DNA of 28,104 nt from a virus (IMGVR_UViG_3300033067_000428:1-28104); one strand, 5' to 3'; shown: positions 9,128 to 17,871, numbered from the stretch's first letter. The notes: generated by a model not told the origin, from the sequence alone. Translations and numbers: made by a program.

Positions 9128-9556
9128 TCAGCCTCCAACTCGCTTGATGCCGCGCGGATCATCAACAACCGCCTCAATGGCATCGTCATTGACTAGGCGC
9201 ATCTCTTTGCCATGGACTACGATGCGCACGCCACCGTAGGGGCGGATGACAACGAAGTCACCTTGCTTACACCACGGACCAGACGGAAACTTAGCCTTAT
9301 CCAAGTAGCAGTCAGGCCCCATAGCGGCCACGAACGCAACTACTGAGGCAACCTCATCATTGCGCAGCGTGTTATCCGACTTCAGGATACCACTGGCGTA
9401 CTCTTTCTCTTGCTCAGGCAGAATGAGCAGTAGTTTGTATCCGGTAGGCTGCGGCAGCATCTTGCCACGCTCCTGCACAGACATTTCTTCCACGTCATTC
9501 TTGGTTTCTTGCATCATCTGCCGAAGATGCGCAGGGATATACAGATCAGATGTCAT
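9128..9556 (-). CDS. groES: GroES/Cpn10-like co-chaperonin (142 aa)
   Basis: P.PTGYKLLLI...SGIL...VAAMGP...GDFVV..PYGG.RI...GKEMRLVNDDAIEAVV matches the Cpn10 pattern; GGAG SD before ATG 9556. Confidence 0.85.
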   Translation of the reverse strand: MTSDLYIPAHLRQMMQETKNDVEEMSVQERGKMLPQPTGYKLLLILPEQEKEYASGILKSDNTLRNDEVASVVAFVAAMGPDCYLDKAKFPSGPWCKQGDFVVIRPYGGVRIVVHGKEMRLVNDDAIEAVVDDPRGIKRVGG

Positions 9557-9750
9557 CTTTGCTCCACGAGGGTAATAAGTTCTTTGTGTCGTTCCAGGCA
9601 TTTCACAAGCGCTTGTCTTTTGCCAACCAGTCGCTTGTACTCATCGAAGGAAGTTATTGACCCTCCAAGAATAGTCTTCTCGGTGTTGCCAATCTCTTCC
9701 TGCAATTCTTTGTGGTACTGCTTGTTCAGTCCCGCGAATACTTCACTCAT
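9553..9750 (-). CDS. Small helical protein between portal and GroES (65 aa)
   Basis: ATGA overlaps at both ends; G...SFDEYKRLVGK motif. Confidence 0.7.
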   Translation of the reverse strand: MSEVFAGLNKQYHKELQEEIGNTEKTILGGSITSFDEYKRLVGKRQALVKCLERHKELITLVEQR

Positions 9751-12302
9751 TTTTTATCTCCAGCAGTGGTATCTTTCTTCTGCTGTGCAGCCATGCGTTC
9801 CTGATGCTGCTGTCGGCGTACGGCAAGTTCTGCATCCAGCCGCGCTTTGCGCTCGGCACGAGTCTCTTGGCCGCGTACCTGAGCCGTTTTTGTCTGCAAC
9901 TCAAGCTGATGCCGCTCGTTCGCACGACGTTCTTGGTTCTGCGTCTGTAGCGCCTTAGTCTGCATCTCCAGCACACCCTTCTGCACTTCAAGCGCCTGCT
10001 TACCGGGGGCGCCTTCTGCGGCAATTTTGCCTTCCTGTTGCGCTTTCAGGTACTCAAGCTGTAGCCCACCTTCCTTAACTGCTACTTCACGTCCCTTCAG
10101 CTTCAGCTCTTCCTGCTGCATCTGAACTAGCGGGTCTTGTGCACGTTGTTGTGCTTGAGCTTGAGCCTGTTCATTCTGATTCTTGGCTTGGACGATTGAA
10201 GCCGCCTGTGCCAGCAAGCCAGCAAGGGCATATTCAGTTTCCGTGTCCATTTCCTCGTTGGGATCGGGCAGTTCCACGCCCATCGTCTGCTGAATCTGCG
10301 AGCGATAAAGGTAGGCTGCATGTTCAGCAATGTGTGCCTGCATCGAGTTGAACATCATTTGCGCGTTCGGGTTCTGCCCCAGCAGCATCCCAATTTTCGG
10401 GTCTTGCATGAACGCTTGATGCACCATGATATGCGACTGATGGTCTTGTGGTGCGAACGCCTTCACGGGTTTGCCCATCAAGATAGCCATATTCTCCGCC
10501 ACTGGGTCACGCGGTTTCTGATCCTCTGGCAGCGGCACGATCTTCGCAATGTTCTTCAGCCCCAGCGTCTGCAGCATTTCACGGTGCAAATATGCTTGGT
10601 CGTAAAGCTGCGGAGCCTTCTGCGACAGGTCGAACGCAGCCTGGAACTGCGCAATACGCACCCCCATCGTCGTAGCGTTAGGGTCGCTGACCGGGATTAT
10701 GTCTGCAGTGTCGTAATCGGAGTCTTTTGTGGTCTTGCTCGGATCAGCCTCGTACGGATATGCACGCTCGCCATTGTGCTTAACCAAGTCCTTGAGCAGC
10801 TTGAACTCAATCCGCATTGACGCGTGTACGCGCGCCTGCACAGCGGAAAGTGTTTTCAGTTGTCGCTCAATTAGCGCTAGTGTAGTGCCAACAGGGGCAT
10901 TCTGATTAGCAGAAGTAAACGCCGAATCGGAGATGTTCGCAGCCTTGCGTCCATCTTCTACGATTGTATTCAGCAGGTTGTACAGCGTGGCACTAGGCTC
11001 TTTGTACGGCAGCGGCATGATACCGTCACGCAGCGTACCCGTACTGACATCTACATCGCGGAACTCGCCCGGTTGGATGGGGTCGTCGTTACTGATAACC
11101 CGCAAGTCACGTGACTTGAAGCCGCCAGGGATGTTAGCCAGCGTGCCCGCATCGACCAACTGCCGCAGCAGTTTAGTGCCCGCATCGGCGTGTGACCCGA
11201 CCAAGTGCACCAGCCCAAATCCGTAGAATCCGAAACCAGTAATGTATGTGTAGTGTACGAAGTGCTGCTGTTTCCGCTTCTGGGGGTCATTCTTTGCCCA
11301 GTTACGGCGAATAGCCATCAGCCTATTTGTAGACTTGTTAATAGTGATGACGTAGGGCCACGCGTACGCCTGCTCGTCTTCACCGTCTTTTGTCGGCTCG
11401 ATTGTCAGGTCAACCATCATCTCCAAGATAGGGTACATCTCGGAGTTAGACCCGTCTACGCCGAGTACCTTGTCTTTCTCGGCTTGTGTCTCATCCGTAC
11501 TGACTACAGGATCGCCAATCTCGTCGTCAATGTACGCGCCGCTGGCTATCATGCGCTCGATCCAATTCTTTGGGCGGCGCATGACGTGCGTAACACGTTC
11601 AGCAGAGGCTAGATCAGATGCCCCATAGTTAACAACTACATCTTCAGCTGGCACGAACATCGACGCTTGCCGACCAAATGACGCGTCTTGGTACACCTTC
11701 TTGAACGCAGAACCCGCGATTGGCAGGCTCCATAGCATGCGCTCGTGCTCGACACGGTACTCAGGCATCTCTTCTGTAAGGCGCCAGTTCATGTCGTCTT
11801 TCACACGTTCACTGGCAGCAATGCGTGCAGGTGTCTGTTTACCGACAAGCTGCACCTTTACCGGACCCTGCGCGGGGAATGTCTCGGTGATTGACTCCGA
11901 TTGGAACCGAACAACCGCCTCAGTCAACAGTGGGTGGATGACGCCGCACGCGCCTTCCCACGGCTCGCTACGATCCTCGATCTGTAGCCCCAGGAGTTTC
12001 AGCCCTTTACGGTACGTCTTCTCCCACTCGTCCCGGCTACGCAAGTCCTGCTCGTAGTCAGCTATCCATTCACTGACCTTGGCATTCAGTTCTTCCGTCG
12101 CATCCTCGCTTTTAAATACCGTCTCCAGCAAGTTAGCGTCGTGGTCATCTTCAACTTCTATCTCAATCTCGACTATTGCGCCTTCTTCCTCTGGCATGAT
12201 AATCTCAATTTCTGGGTCCGCACGCTGCGTGATGTCAGTAATCTCGCCTTGATACGCGCCGTCTGTGATGGCTCCCGCTGCGGGCAGATTCTTCTCGATC
12301 AT
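9747..12302 (-). CDS. Portal protein (851 aa, long Gln-rich C-terminal coiled coil)
   Basis: Follows terL; PWEGACGVIHPLL.EAVVRFQ, GSAFKKVY and GFYGFGL motifs of podovirus portals. Confidence 0.85.
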   Translation of the reverse strand: MIEKNLPAAGAITDGAYQGEITDITQRADPEIEIIMPEEEGAIVEIEIEVEDDHDANLLETVFKSEDATEELNAKVSEWIADYEQDLRSRDEWEKTYRKGLKLLGLQIEDRSEPWEGACGVIHPLLTEAVVRFQSESITETFPAQGPVKVQLVGKQTPARIAASERVKDDMNWRLTEEMPEYRVEHERMLWSLPIAGSAFKKVYQDASFGRQASMFVPAEDVVVNYGASDLASAERVTHVMRRPKNWIERMIASGAYIDDEIGDPVVSTDETQAEKDKVLGVDGSNSEMYPILEMMVDLTIEPTKDGEDEQAYAWPYVITINKSTNRLMAIRRNWAKNDPQKRKQQHFVHYTYITGFGFYGFGLVHLVGSHADAGTKLLRQLVDAGTLANIPGGFKSRDLRVISNDDPIQPGEFRDVDVSTGTLRDGIMPLPYKEPSATLYNLLNTIVEDGRKAANISDSAFTSANQNAPVGTTLALIERQLKTLSAVQARVHASMRIEFKLLKDLVKHNGERAYPYEADPSKTTKDSDYDTADIIPVSDPNATTMGVRIAQFQAAFDLSQKAPQLYDQAYLHREMLQTLGLKNIAKIVPLPEDQKPRDPVAENMAILMGKPVKAFAPQDHQSHIMVHQAFMQDPKIGMLLGQNPNAQMMFNSMQAHIAEHAAYLYRSQIQQTMGVELPDPNEEMDTETEYALAGLLAQAASIVQAKNQNEQAQAQAQQRAQDPLVQMQQEELKLKGREVAVKEGGLQLEYLKAQQEGKIAAEGAPGKQALEVQKGVLEMQTKALQTQNQERRANERHQLELQTKTAQVRGQETRAERKARLDAELAVRRQQHQERMAAQQKKDTTAGDKK

Positions 12303-12310
12303 GTTATGTC

Positions 12311-13852
12311 CTAATAGTAGGCCGCACTTCTACGCGGCTTGAACCGATAATCTGCGTCGTCCTCATCCGAGGGCAGCGTGATAAATCCACCGTTGCGGAA
12401 GCGCATCAGGGCCATAGTGGCGGTGTCCACGAGGTCGTCGTTCTTCCCTGCTGGGAAGTCGTTGCATTGCTCGATGACTTCCTCGGCCCACTTGTACTGC
12501 GGCGCCCATACTAACCCAGATCGCACGATGTCTGCAATAGAGTTCACGCGCGCATACTTAGTGTTCGACTGCCCCGGCGCTCCGCGCGATGGCGTGTACT
12601 CTTGGATCGGTACTCCCATCCTACGCATTTCCTGCGCTAGAGCAGCACCGTTAGATTTCTTCTCGATGATGAAACAGTCTGGTTTCCAGAACTTATATTC
12701 ACGCAGAGCTAGGTCTTTTAGCTCGGGAAACTCCAGCCGTTTGTTGATGGCATTCAGCAAGATTATGTTAGCTATCTTGCGTCCCTCGTCATTGTCGAAA
12801 TAAAACACACCCCAGGTTGTCAGAGCCGTGTAGTCACTGCGTTTGTTGGCTTCCTGCGCAGCATCCAGCGCCATGATGATGTACTCGCACTCAGGAGCCT
12901 CGTCCTTGATCCATGTTTTCCACCACTCCTTCTTTATCAGTGCGCCTTCTTGCGAGACAGGGTTCTGTTGGTACTGCGCTTGCCACTGGAATGTGGGCAT
13001 CGACGCGCGTGTGCGTTTAAGTGACTCCAGCGTCCACTGTTCCGGCCACAGAGACTTCTCGTTATCGGTGCCCTCATTCAAAATAGCCGGAAACTCAGTG
13101 TAATCCCACTGATCCGACTCTTTCTCCTTGGCTGACTCTTCTATGAGGCGCCCGATCAGGTCGTTTTTAGCCCAACGCGTGTGCAGGACGACTACGCGCC
13201 CTCCTGGCATCAGGCGAGTACGTGCGCCGTAGGCGTACCACTCATAAACCTTGTCGAAGACCTCGTAGTTGCCGTTCAGAATGTCCTGTTCCGAGAACGG
13301 ATCATCAATAATAAGCAAGTCAGCGCCTCGTCCAGCGACTGCGCCCCCCACACCGACCGCGAAAAACTCACCGCCCTCGTTTGTAGTCCATCTGCCTGCC
13401 GATTTACTGTCAGCAGACAGCGAAACTAGCGGAAATATCTCCTTGTACTCCTTTGTGTCGATCAAATTTCGGACTTTTCGACCGAAATCAACCGCTAGGT
13501 CAGCCGTGTGCGATGAAATAATCAGCTTCTGTTCAGGGAAATTACCCATGAACCAAGCAGGAAAGTACAGAGACAGCAGCAGAGATTTACCGAACCGAGG
13601 CGCGATAGATGTAGCAAGCCGATCTACCTCCCCGCGAGCCGCAGCTTCTAGCTTATGCGCAAGAATCTTGTGGTGTGGGCCTATCTTGTAGGCTTTATTT
13701 ATGCGCTTGACGAACGTAAGCAGTGATTCTCGTGCCGACTGTGCTTCTTTCCGCTTCGCCCACTCATCCAGCAAGTTCAGGACGTGCATCTTCTCCGCGT
13801 TGTCCATTAGAGGAAGCGCGGATCGGAGGGCTTCTATCTTTTCTGGGGTCAT
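12311..13852 (-). CDS. terL: Terminase large subunit (513 aa)
   Basis: Walker A variant APRFGKS, Walker B LLIIDDP, TRW..DL motif, QYQQNP, nuclease ALDAA...DDLVD; ATG 13852 overlaps upstream TAA. Confidence 0.93.
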   Translation of the reverse strand: MTPEKIEALRSALPLMDNAEKMHVLNLLDEWAKRKEAQSARESLLTFVKRINKAYKIGPHHKILAHKLEAAARGEVDRLATSIAPRFGKSLLLSLYFPAWFMGNFPEQKLIISSHTADLAVDFGRKVRNLIDTKEYKEIFPLVSLSADSKSAGRWTTNEGGEFFAVGVGGAVAGRGADLLIIDDPFSEQDILNGNYEVFDKVYEWYAYGARTRLMPGGRVVVLHTRWAKNDLIGRLIEESAKEKESDQWDYTEFPAILNEGTDNEKSLWPEQWTLESLKRTRASMPTFQWQAQYQQNPVSQEGALIKKEWWKTWIKDEAPECEYIIMALDAAQEANKRSDYTALTTWGVFYFDNDEGRKIANIILLNAINKRLEFPELKDLALREYKFWKPDCFIIEKKSNGAALAQEMRRMGVPIQEYTPSRGAPGQSNTKYARVNSIADIVRSGLVWAPQYKWAEEVIEQCNDFPAGKNDDLVDTATMALMRFRNGGFITLPSDEDDADYRFKPRRSAAYY

Positions 13853-14085
13853 TAGTCGCCTGTCTGGAAGTGTGCCAGCAGGTTGTACATTGCTCCCATC
13901 ATGCGCAGGCGCGTAACTGGCTTTACTGTCGAACTCCACATGCGCGTGCAGTCATCCGGCTCAATGCCCACAGTCGCAAATGCAACAATCTCACCCGCTT
14001 CAACTGCCTGTCGTAGTCCGTCGATGACATTAAGCGCCTCTTCTTTAGAGTCGGTCGGCAACTGTATGACGCGGAGATTGCTCAT
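13852..14085 (-). CDS. Hypothetical protein (77 aa)
   Basis: Translationally coupled on both sides, between terS and terL. Confidence 0.65.
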   Translation of the reverse strand: MSNLRVIQLPTDSKEEALNVIDGLRQAVEAGEIVAFATVGIEPDDCTRMWSSTVKPVTRLRMMGAMYNLLAHFQTGD

Positions 14086-14306
14086 GATCGTAGTTTAGTC
14101 CCATACTCATACTCTTCCCTCCCATCGGCGCTGTTGTGCACCCATACTCCCGGACACGTTGGGTCTTCATCAGGGCAGCACCAACACTTCATAGAGAGTA
14201 TGTGGTCATTCAGGTCGTTCAGCGGGAACACGTGACCAAGACAGTCCAAGTCCTTGTGCTCTATGTATGCCCACTTGTTACTGAGCGGAGTGTCTTTGTT
14301 AATCAT
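14082..14306 (-). CDS. Small His/Cys-rich putative metal-binding protein (~74 aa)
   Basis: HVFP..DL.DH...CWCCP...WVHNSADGRE; overlaps terS stop; start uncertain (14306 or 14315). Confidence 0.6.
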   Translation of the reverse strand: MINKDTPLSNKWAYIEHKDLDCLGHVFPLNDLNDHILSMKCWCCPDEDPTCPGVWVHNSADGREEYEYGTKLRS

Positions 14307-14886
14307 CGACATCATTATCTACGCGCTGCACCAGGGGTGTCGCTGGGTTGAATGTCAACTTCTCTAGACGCTTGTTAATCTCATCTTCGATCTGCTCGTC
14401 GGAGAGTGTTTTAGTCACTACTTCCGTGCGCTGCGTAAATAGTGCGACTTCAGTGACCTCGCCCAACATCTTCAGTGCTTTAAGGCGCACTTCCGGTTTC
14501 TTATTGTCAGCTTCATCAAGCAAGCGCTTGACAATGAATCCCCGTAGCTCTTTAGCCTGCTCTACAAATGACCAGTCGTACTCAGACAGCATGAGCGCGG
14601 TCTTCTGTACAGCAGCCGGCGTCTTCAGTGCCAGGGCTATCTTTTTTTGTTCCTCACGGGATTTCTCGTGGAATGCGCCGGTAGCTGCCCCGAATGCCTG
14701 GGTAGCCAGCGCCCCCTCAAGCGCGGGGTCTGAGGCGCCCTCGTCCTCGATACCGAGGTTCTGGAGCCACTGGGCCGTGTCCACCTTGGCGCGCACGATG
14801 TCTGCGGGTGTGGCCGCACCGACATCCACAAACGAAGAAGCCGCTTCGTTGAGCGGCTCGATTTGGTTCAGGAGATGGCTAAGCAT
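14299..14886 (-). CDS. Putative terminase small subunit (195 aa)
   Basis: First gene of the packaging operon; RLKALKMLGEV..VALFT.R.EV C-terminal pattern typical of terS. Confidence 0.6.
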   Translation of the reverse strand: MLSHLLNQIEPLNEAASSFVDVGAATPADIVRAKVDTAQWLQNLGIEDEGASDPALEGALATQAFGAATGAFHEKSREEQKKIALALKTPAAVQKTALMLSEYDWSFVEQAKELRGFIVKRLLDEADNKKPEVRLKALKMLGEVTEVALFTQRTEVVTKTLSDEQIEDEINKRLEKLTFNPATPLVQRVDNDVDD

Positions 14887-14900
14887 GCTGGCGCGAGGTT

Positions 14901-14909
14901 ATCATACCA
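14901..14909 (-). promoter_or_regulatory. Possible extended -10 promoter for the packaging operon
   Basis: TGgTATGAT about 15 nt upstream of the terS ATG; no clear -35. Confidence 0.35.
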
Positions 14910-14948
14910 ACTCTCCTAGAGGGTGGGGCGCTAGTGAGGCGCCCCTTC

Positions 14949-14978
14949 GACCCCTGGCGCAAGCTGGGGGTCTTTTTT
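14949..14978 (+). terminator. Plus-oriented intrinsic terminator
   Basis: GACCCCTGGC-GCAA-GCTGGGGGTC (10-bp stem with two G-U pairs, GNRA loop) plus TTTTTT; G-U pairs form only on +. Confidence 0.65.
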
Positions 14979-14996
14979 CTGCGGGTTGGGCGGCTG

Positions 14997-15236
14997 TTAA
15001 GCCGTACGCCAAACGCGGATGCCCTCGTCGGTGACACGGACGGCGAACTTGCCGGCGTCCGAGTAGCGCTTGCTGAACGCGCCCACAGCACTACGGATCG
15101 TAGCAGCCTTGGTGTCATCACTCACGCGGAACGACTGACCCACTTCCATCTGCGCGAAGGGGTACTTGCTGCCACGCCGGCCACCAGGGGCAGTACGCTT
15201 CGGCAGGGGAACGTCATTTTCAAGTTCAAAAGCCAT
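14997..15236 (-). CDS. Small putative DNA-binding phage protein (79 aa)
   Basis: VPLP...KYPFAQMEVGQSFRV...GIRVWRT motif of a widespread small phage family; AGGA SD; own promoter. Confidence 0.75.
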   Translation of the reverse strand: MAFELENDVPLPKRTAPGGRRGSKYPFAQMEVGQSFRVSDDTKAATIRSAVGAFSKRYSDAGKFAVRVTDEGIRVWRTA

Positions 15237-15279
15237 TTTTAGGTTCCTAGAGGTTGGTGTGGCACCTGCCACGGGTTGA

Positions 15280-15307
15280 AATATAGCACAGGTTTTGGCG
15301 CGTGCAA
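15280..15307 (-). promoter_or_regulatory. Sigma70-type promoter
   Basis: TTGCAC-16 bp-TATATT with an extended TG. Confidence 0.6.
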
Positions 15308-15413
15308 GTGAAGGTGTCGCTTTTGGCGTGCCTTCTCTGGCTTTTGGTGGTTTTGCCACCACGACCCATTTCTGGGGCCAGGGCTTCGTGCACCTACGTC
15401 TATCCGTAGTGAC

Positions 15414-15635
15414 TTACCGCGACGGAATTCTAAACCACTGACACGCATCGCAATAATAACTTGAGTCGCTTGTAGGGTTATTGTTTGCCGGATCGCGTTC
15501 GTAGTCTTCAAACAGGCGCACTAGCTGCTTGGCTACGCGCCAACGTGAGGCGCCGGGTGGAGTCTCGTTGCACAGCTTCAGCAACTGGCCCGCTAGGGTG
15601 GTGGGGTACGCGTCGGCGGATGAGAAGGAGTTCAT
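15414..15635 (-). CDS. Hypothetical protein (73 aa), degenerate NPxNKDP motif
   Basis: GGAGG SD and TGATG overlap; RDPANNNPTSDS. Confidence 0.55.
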   Translation of the reverse strand: MNSFSSADAYPTTLAGQLLKLCNETPPGASRWRVAKQLVRLFEDYERDPANNNPTSDSSYYCDACQWFRIPSR

Positions 15636-15820
15636 CAGTACCTCCTGAATACGTATCCGGTGCGCGGTGTCAACAGCCACCTACCCCACTCTAAGTTGTT
15701 CTCTGTGCTTCCTTTGCGTAGGTGCTTCAAAACAATTCTTGACTTGAGTGTGGGGTCTTTATTTGTGGGATTTTTTTCGGCCATTGCGTCTAGTACGCGC
15801 CGGGGGATGGGCTCGTTCAT
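15635..15820 (-). CDS. Hypothetical protein (61 aa), NPxNKDP motif
   Basis: GGAGG SD, ATGA overlap; EKNPTNKDPTLKS. Confidence 0.6.
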   Translation of the reverse strand: MNEPIPRRVLDAMAEKNPTNKDPTLKSRIVLKHLRKGSTENNLEWGRWLLTPRTGYVFRRY

Positions 15821-16014
15821 TCTACATCCTCCATTTTACCTATTTCCATTTCACGGAAGTATCCTGCTATCCAAATATTGTGATGTGGTTGTGTACGTTC
15901 TAGGTAGGGCAGCACGTTTGGTCCCCAGCATAGAATAGTTGACTCTACTAGAGGGTCTTTATTCTCGGGATTTTTTGCAATCCCTACCCCGTTCTTCGTA
16001 GTTGGATTTGGCAT
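15817..16014 (-). CDS. Hypothetical protein (65 aa), NPxNKDP motif
   Basis: Coupled to the next ORF; AKNPENKDPLVES. Confidence 0.5.
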   Translation of the reverse strand: MPNPTTKNGVGIAKNPENKDPLVESTILCWGPNVLPYLERTQPHHNIWIAGYFREMEIGKMEDVE

Positions 16015-16134
16015 GGTTTTGACGGTTTGAGCGGAATAGTGTGTATAGCACGACGCCTACTCACTGTACCACAAACGGGGGATGGGGGTAGGTGGGGTTC
16101 TGCACCGTCACAGCGTAGCCCTGATTCCCCTGTA

Positions 16135-16143
16135 TGGTAAAAT
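16135..16143 (+). promoter_or_regulatory. Possible extended -10 early promoter
   Basis: TGgTAAAAT about 95 nt upstream of the first plus-strand gene; -35 weak. Confidence 0.45.
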
Positions 16144-16183
16144 AGAGTCATCGTTGGTTGGTGCTGTGTCAACGACGCTGATG

Positions 16184-16204
16184 TTGTTTACGTGATGTAT
16201 ACAA
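16184..16204. promoter_or_regulatory. Palindromic motif copy 1 (TTGTTTAC-GTGAT-GTATACAA)
   Basis: One mismatch to GTTTAC-N5-GTAAAC; in the leader of the first early gene. Confidence 0.6.
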
Positions 16205-16237
16205 CGCTGCACTACAGCACATCTCTAGGAGATACAA

Positions 16238-16729
16238 ATGTCCAAGCAAGTTCGCACCCTGACCCGCATCGCCACAGCCATCGTGTCGCATGTCAACGCA
16301 CAGACGGCACTCACGGCTGAGCGGGCCACGCTGCTCAAGCAGGCGCAGACGTTGGCGCTGCCCGAGAAGGCCAAGATCGACGCGGAACTCGTGAACTACT
16401 ACGCCGTGCAGGCCAACGTGCCCGTCAAGGCCCGCGAGAAGGGCGAAGCCGGCGAGGGTCGCTGCTCCCTCGTTGCCGTCTGGGCGCGCGACGAAGAAAA
16501 GAAACTCACCAGCAAGAGCAACGCCGCGTCCGTTGCGCTCAGCCGTGCACGGGCCATCCTGTTTGCGACACAAAAGGCGAAGGCCAAGAAGTCTGTGCAG
16601 TCCAGCAACGAAGCCGTGTTCGACAAGCTGGAGAAGCTGGCTGCGCTGGCCGTCGAGAAGCACGACAAGGCGCAGATCAAGGCGCTCAAGCAGCGCGTCA
16701 CGGCTGTCCTGCTGATGCTGTCGGCCTGA
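16238..16729 (+). CDS. Ala/Lys-rich early protein (163 aa)
   Basis: AGGAG SD, strong G/C-ending codon bias, flanked by promoter and terminator. Confidence 0.8.
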   Translation: MSKQVRTLTRIATAIVSHVNAQTALTAERATLLKQAQTLALPEKAKIDAELVNYYAVQANVPVKAREKGEAGEGRCSLVAVWARDEEKKLTSKSNAASVALSRARAILFATQKAKAKKSVQSSNEAVFDKLEKLAALAVEKHDKAQIKALKQRVTAVLLMLSA

Positions 16730-16779
16730 CTATCAGGTTGGCGGTTCCGATAGGCCCTCTTAATCGGGGGCGTTCTTCG

Positions 16780-16820
16780 GCCTGTGCATTCTTCCCATTT
16801 AGAGTGCACAGGCTCTTTTT
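16780..16820 (+). terminator. Intrinsic terminator
   Basis: GCCTGTGCATTCT/AGAGTGCACAGGC 13-bp stem plus TCTTTTT. Confidence 0.7.
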
Positions 16821-16837
16821 GTTTACTCAAGGAAAAC
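16821..16837. promoter_or_regulatory. Palindromic motif copy 2 (GTTTAC-TCAAG-GAAAAC)
   Basis: One mismatch; overlaps the SD of the gene at 16842. Confidence 0.6.
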
Positions 16838-16841
16838 AATC

Positions 16842-17048
16842 ATGGCATCCCCTCACGTCACCCAAACCCACAACGAGTGGGTCATCTACGTCATGCGAGC
16901 GCGCATTGATTACGCTGGCATGTGCTACCGCTACGCGCTGCGCTGGCCTAGCCCGACTGCTTGGGCTTCGTGGGCGCGGGCGATGCGCTCGTGCCGCGAT
17001 TGGAAATACACTGCCATCCCGCGCTTGATGGCACGCGACTTCAGTTGA
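16842..17048 (+). CDS. Hypothetical Trp/Arg-rich protein (68 aa)
   Basis: AAGGA SD; preceded by the motif. Confidence 0.6.
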   Translation: MASPHVTQTHNEWVIYVMRARIDYAGMCYRYALRWPSPTAWASWARAMRSCRDWKYTAIPRLMARDFS

Positions 17049-17123
17049 GTTCATGTAGGGGGCAGCATGTGTGCCCCTTGTCATGCGCTCTGCCTGCGTG
17101 TGTGTACGCCCGTAAGACGGGTT

Positions 17124-17140
17124 GTTTACGTGGAGAAAAC
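17124..17140. promoter_or_regulatory. Palindromic motif copy 3 (GTTTAC-GTGGA-GAAAAC)
   Basis: One mismatch; overlaps the SD of the gene at 17142. Confidence 0.6.
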
Positions 17141-17141
17141 A

Positions 17142-17309
17142 ATGTTCATCATCAAGTTCACCCTTCGCATCGGCTCACGCTCTGTCTCTGTCGCCATCAA
17201 GACCAAGAAGTACGAGCGTGCTGTCGAACTGACCCAACAACACCGTGCCGAACATGCGCGTGCGTATCTCGGCAACGTACCCCTCAACCTGCATACCATC
17301 CGGGGGTAA
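17142..17309 (+). CDS. Hypothetical protein (55 aa)
   Basis: GGAG SD; MFIIKFTLRIGSRSV... Confidence 0.6.
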   Translation: MFIIKFTLRIGSRSVSVAIKTKKYERAVELTQQHRAEHARAYLGNVPLNLHTIRG

Positions 17310-17310
17310 G

Positions 17311-17526
17311 ATGAAACACTTCAACCTCCAATCCCACATCGGTAAGGCACGCGCCCCCGATGGCATACTCGATCTTGTCGATCATTACGAAGGCAAGGCC
17401 GAAGGCACGTGCATCAACACGTCATCTTTCCCCCTTCTCAAGGAATGGTACGAAGCGAACAAACATCGGCCCAACATGCGCGTGTATGCGGTCATCGAAG
17501 ACCTACAACACGCCGACCAACGCTAA
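17311..17526 (+). CDS. Hypothetical protein (71 aa)
   Basis: ATG 1 nt after the upstream stop; MKHFNLQSHIG... Confidence 0.65.
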   Translation: MKHFNLQSHIGKARAPDGILDLVDHYEGKAEGTCINTSSFPLLKEWYEANKHRPNMRVYAVIEDLQHADQR

Positions 17527-17535
17527 TCCACCGCA

Positions 17536-17556
17536 TTGTTTACGTGCGGTAAACAA
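17536..17556. promoter_or_regulatory. Palindromic motif copy 4 (TTGTTTAC-GTGCG-GTAAACAA)
   Basis: Perfect 8-bp arms; directly upstream of a GGAG SD. Confidence 0.7.
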
Positions 17557-17568
17557 CTGGAGAATGTC

Positions 17569-17871
17569 TTGAAGAACGTAACTGATATCACTGCATCTGA
17601 CTGGATCACACTTCGCGTCATGCGTGAAATGGCACGTGTTGGCGGCATGGACAAAGCCCTGCGCGGAAACGAAACCTCGCGCGCAGTTCTGTGGCTACAC
17701 AACAAGTATGGAATGACTCTACTGGGTGATGCAATGAAGCTGATTGACATGGCGCGTCGTGAAGAAGACAAACAACACATAGAACGCGCCTGCCGCATCG
17801 GTAGCACACTCATGGGCGACGAACTGCCGATGGAGTGCATGATTACCGAACTGATGGAAAACGACTTTTAG
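17569..17871 (+). CDS. Hypothetical helical protein (~100 aa)
   Basis: GGAG SD 6 nt before in-frame TTG at 17569. Confidence 0.65.
   Translation: MKNVTDITASDWITLRVMREMARVGGMDKALRGNETSRAVLWLHNKYGMTLLGDAMKLIDMARREEDKQHIERACRIGSTLMGDELPMECMITELMENDF

Noticed and set aside
144-15242. Numerous plus-strand ORFs over the structural arm (e.g. 6148-6996, 8311-9036) and short alternative-frame ORFs in 1-1980
   Set aside because: Shadows of codon-biased minus-strand genes; no SD or recognisable motifs.
15635-15820. HNH remnant (…NNLEW…)
   Set aside because: Only a four-residue resemblance; the other HNH residues are absent.
16077-16097. G-rich tract as a G-quadruplex
   Set aside because: One of the four G-runs is only two G long, and there is no supporting evidence from sequence alone.
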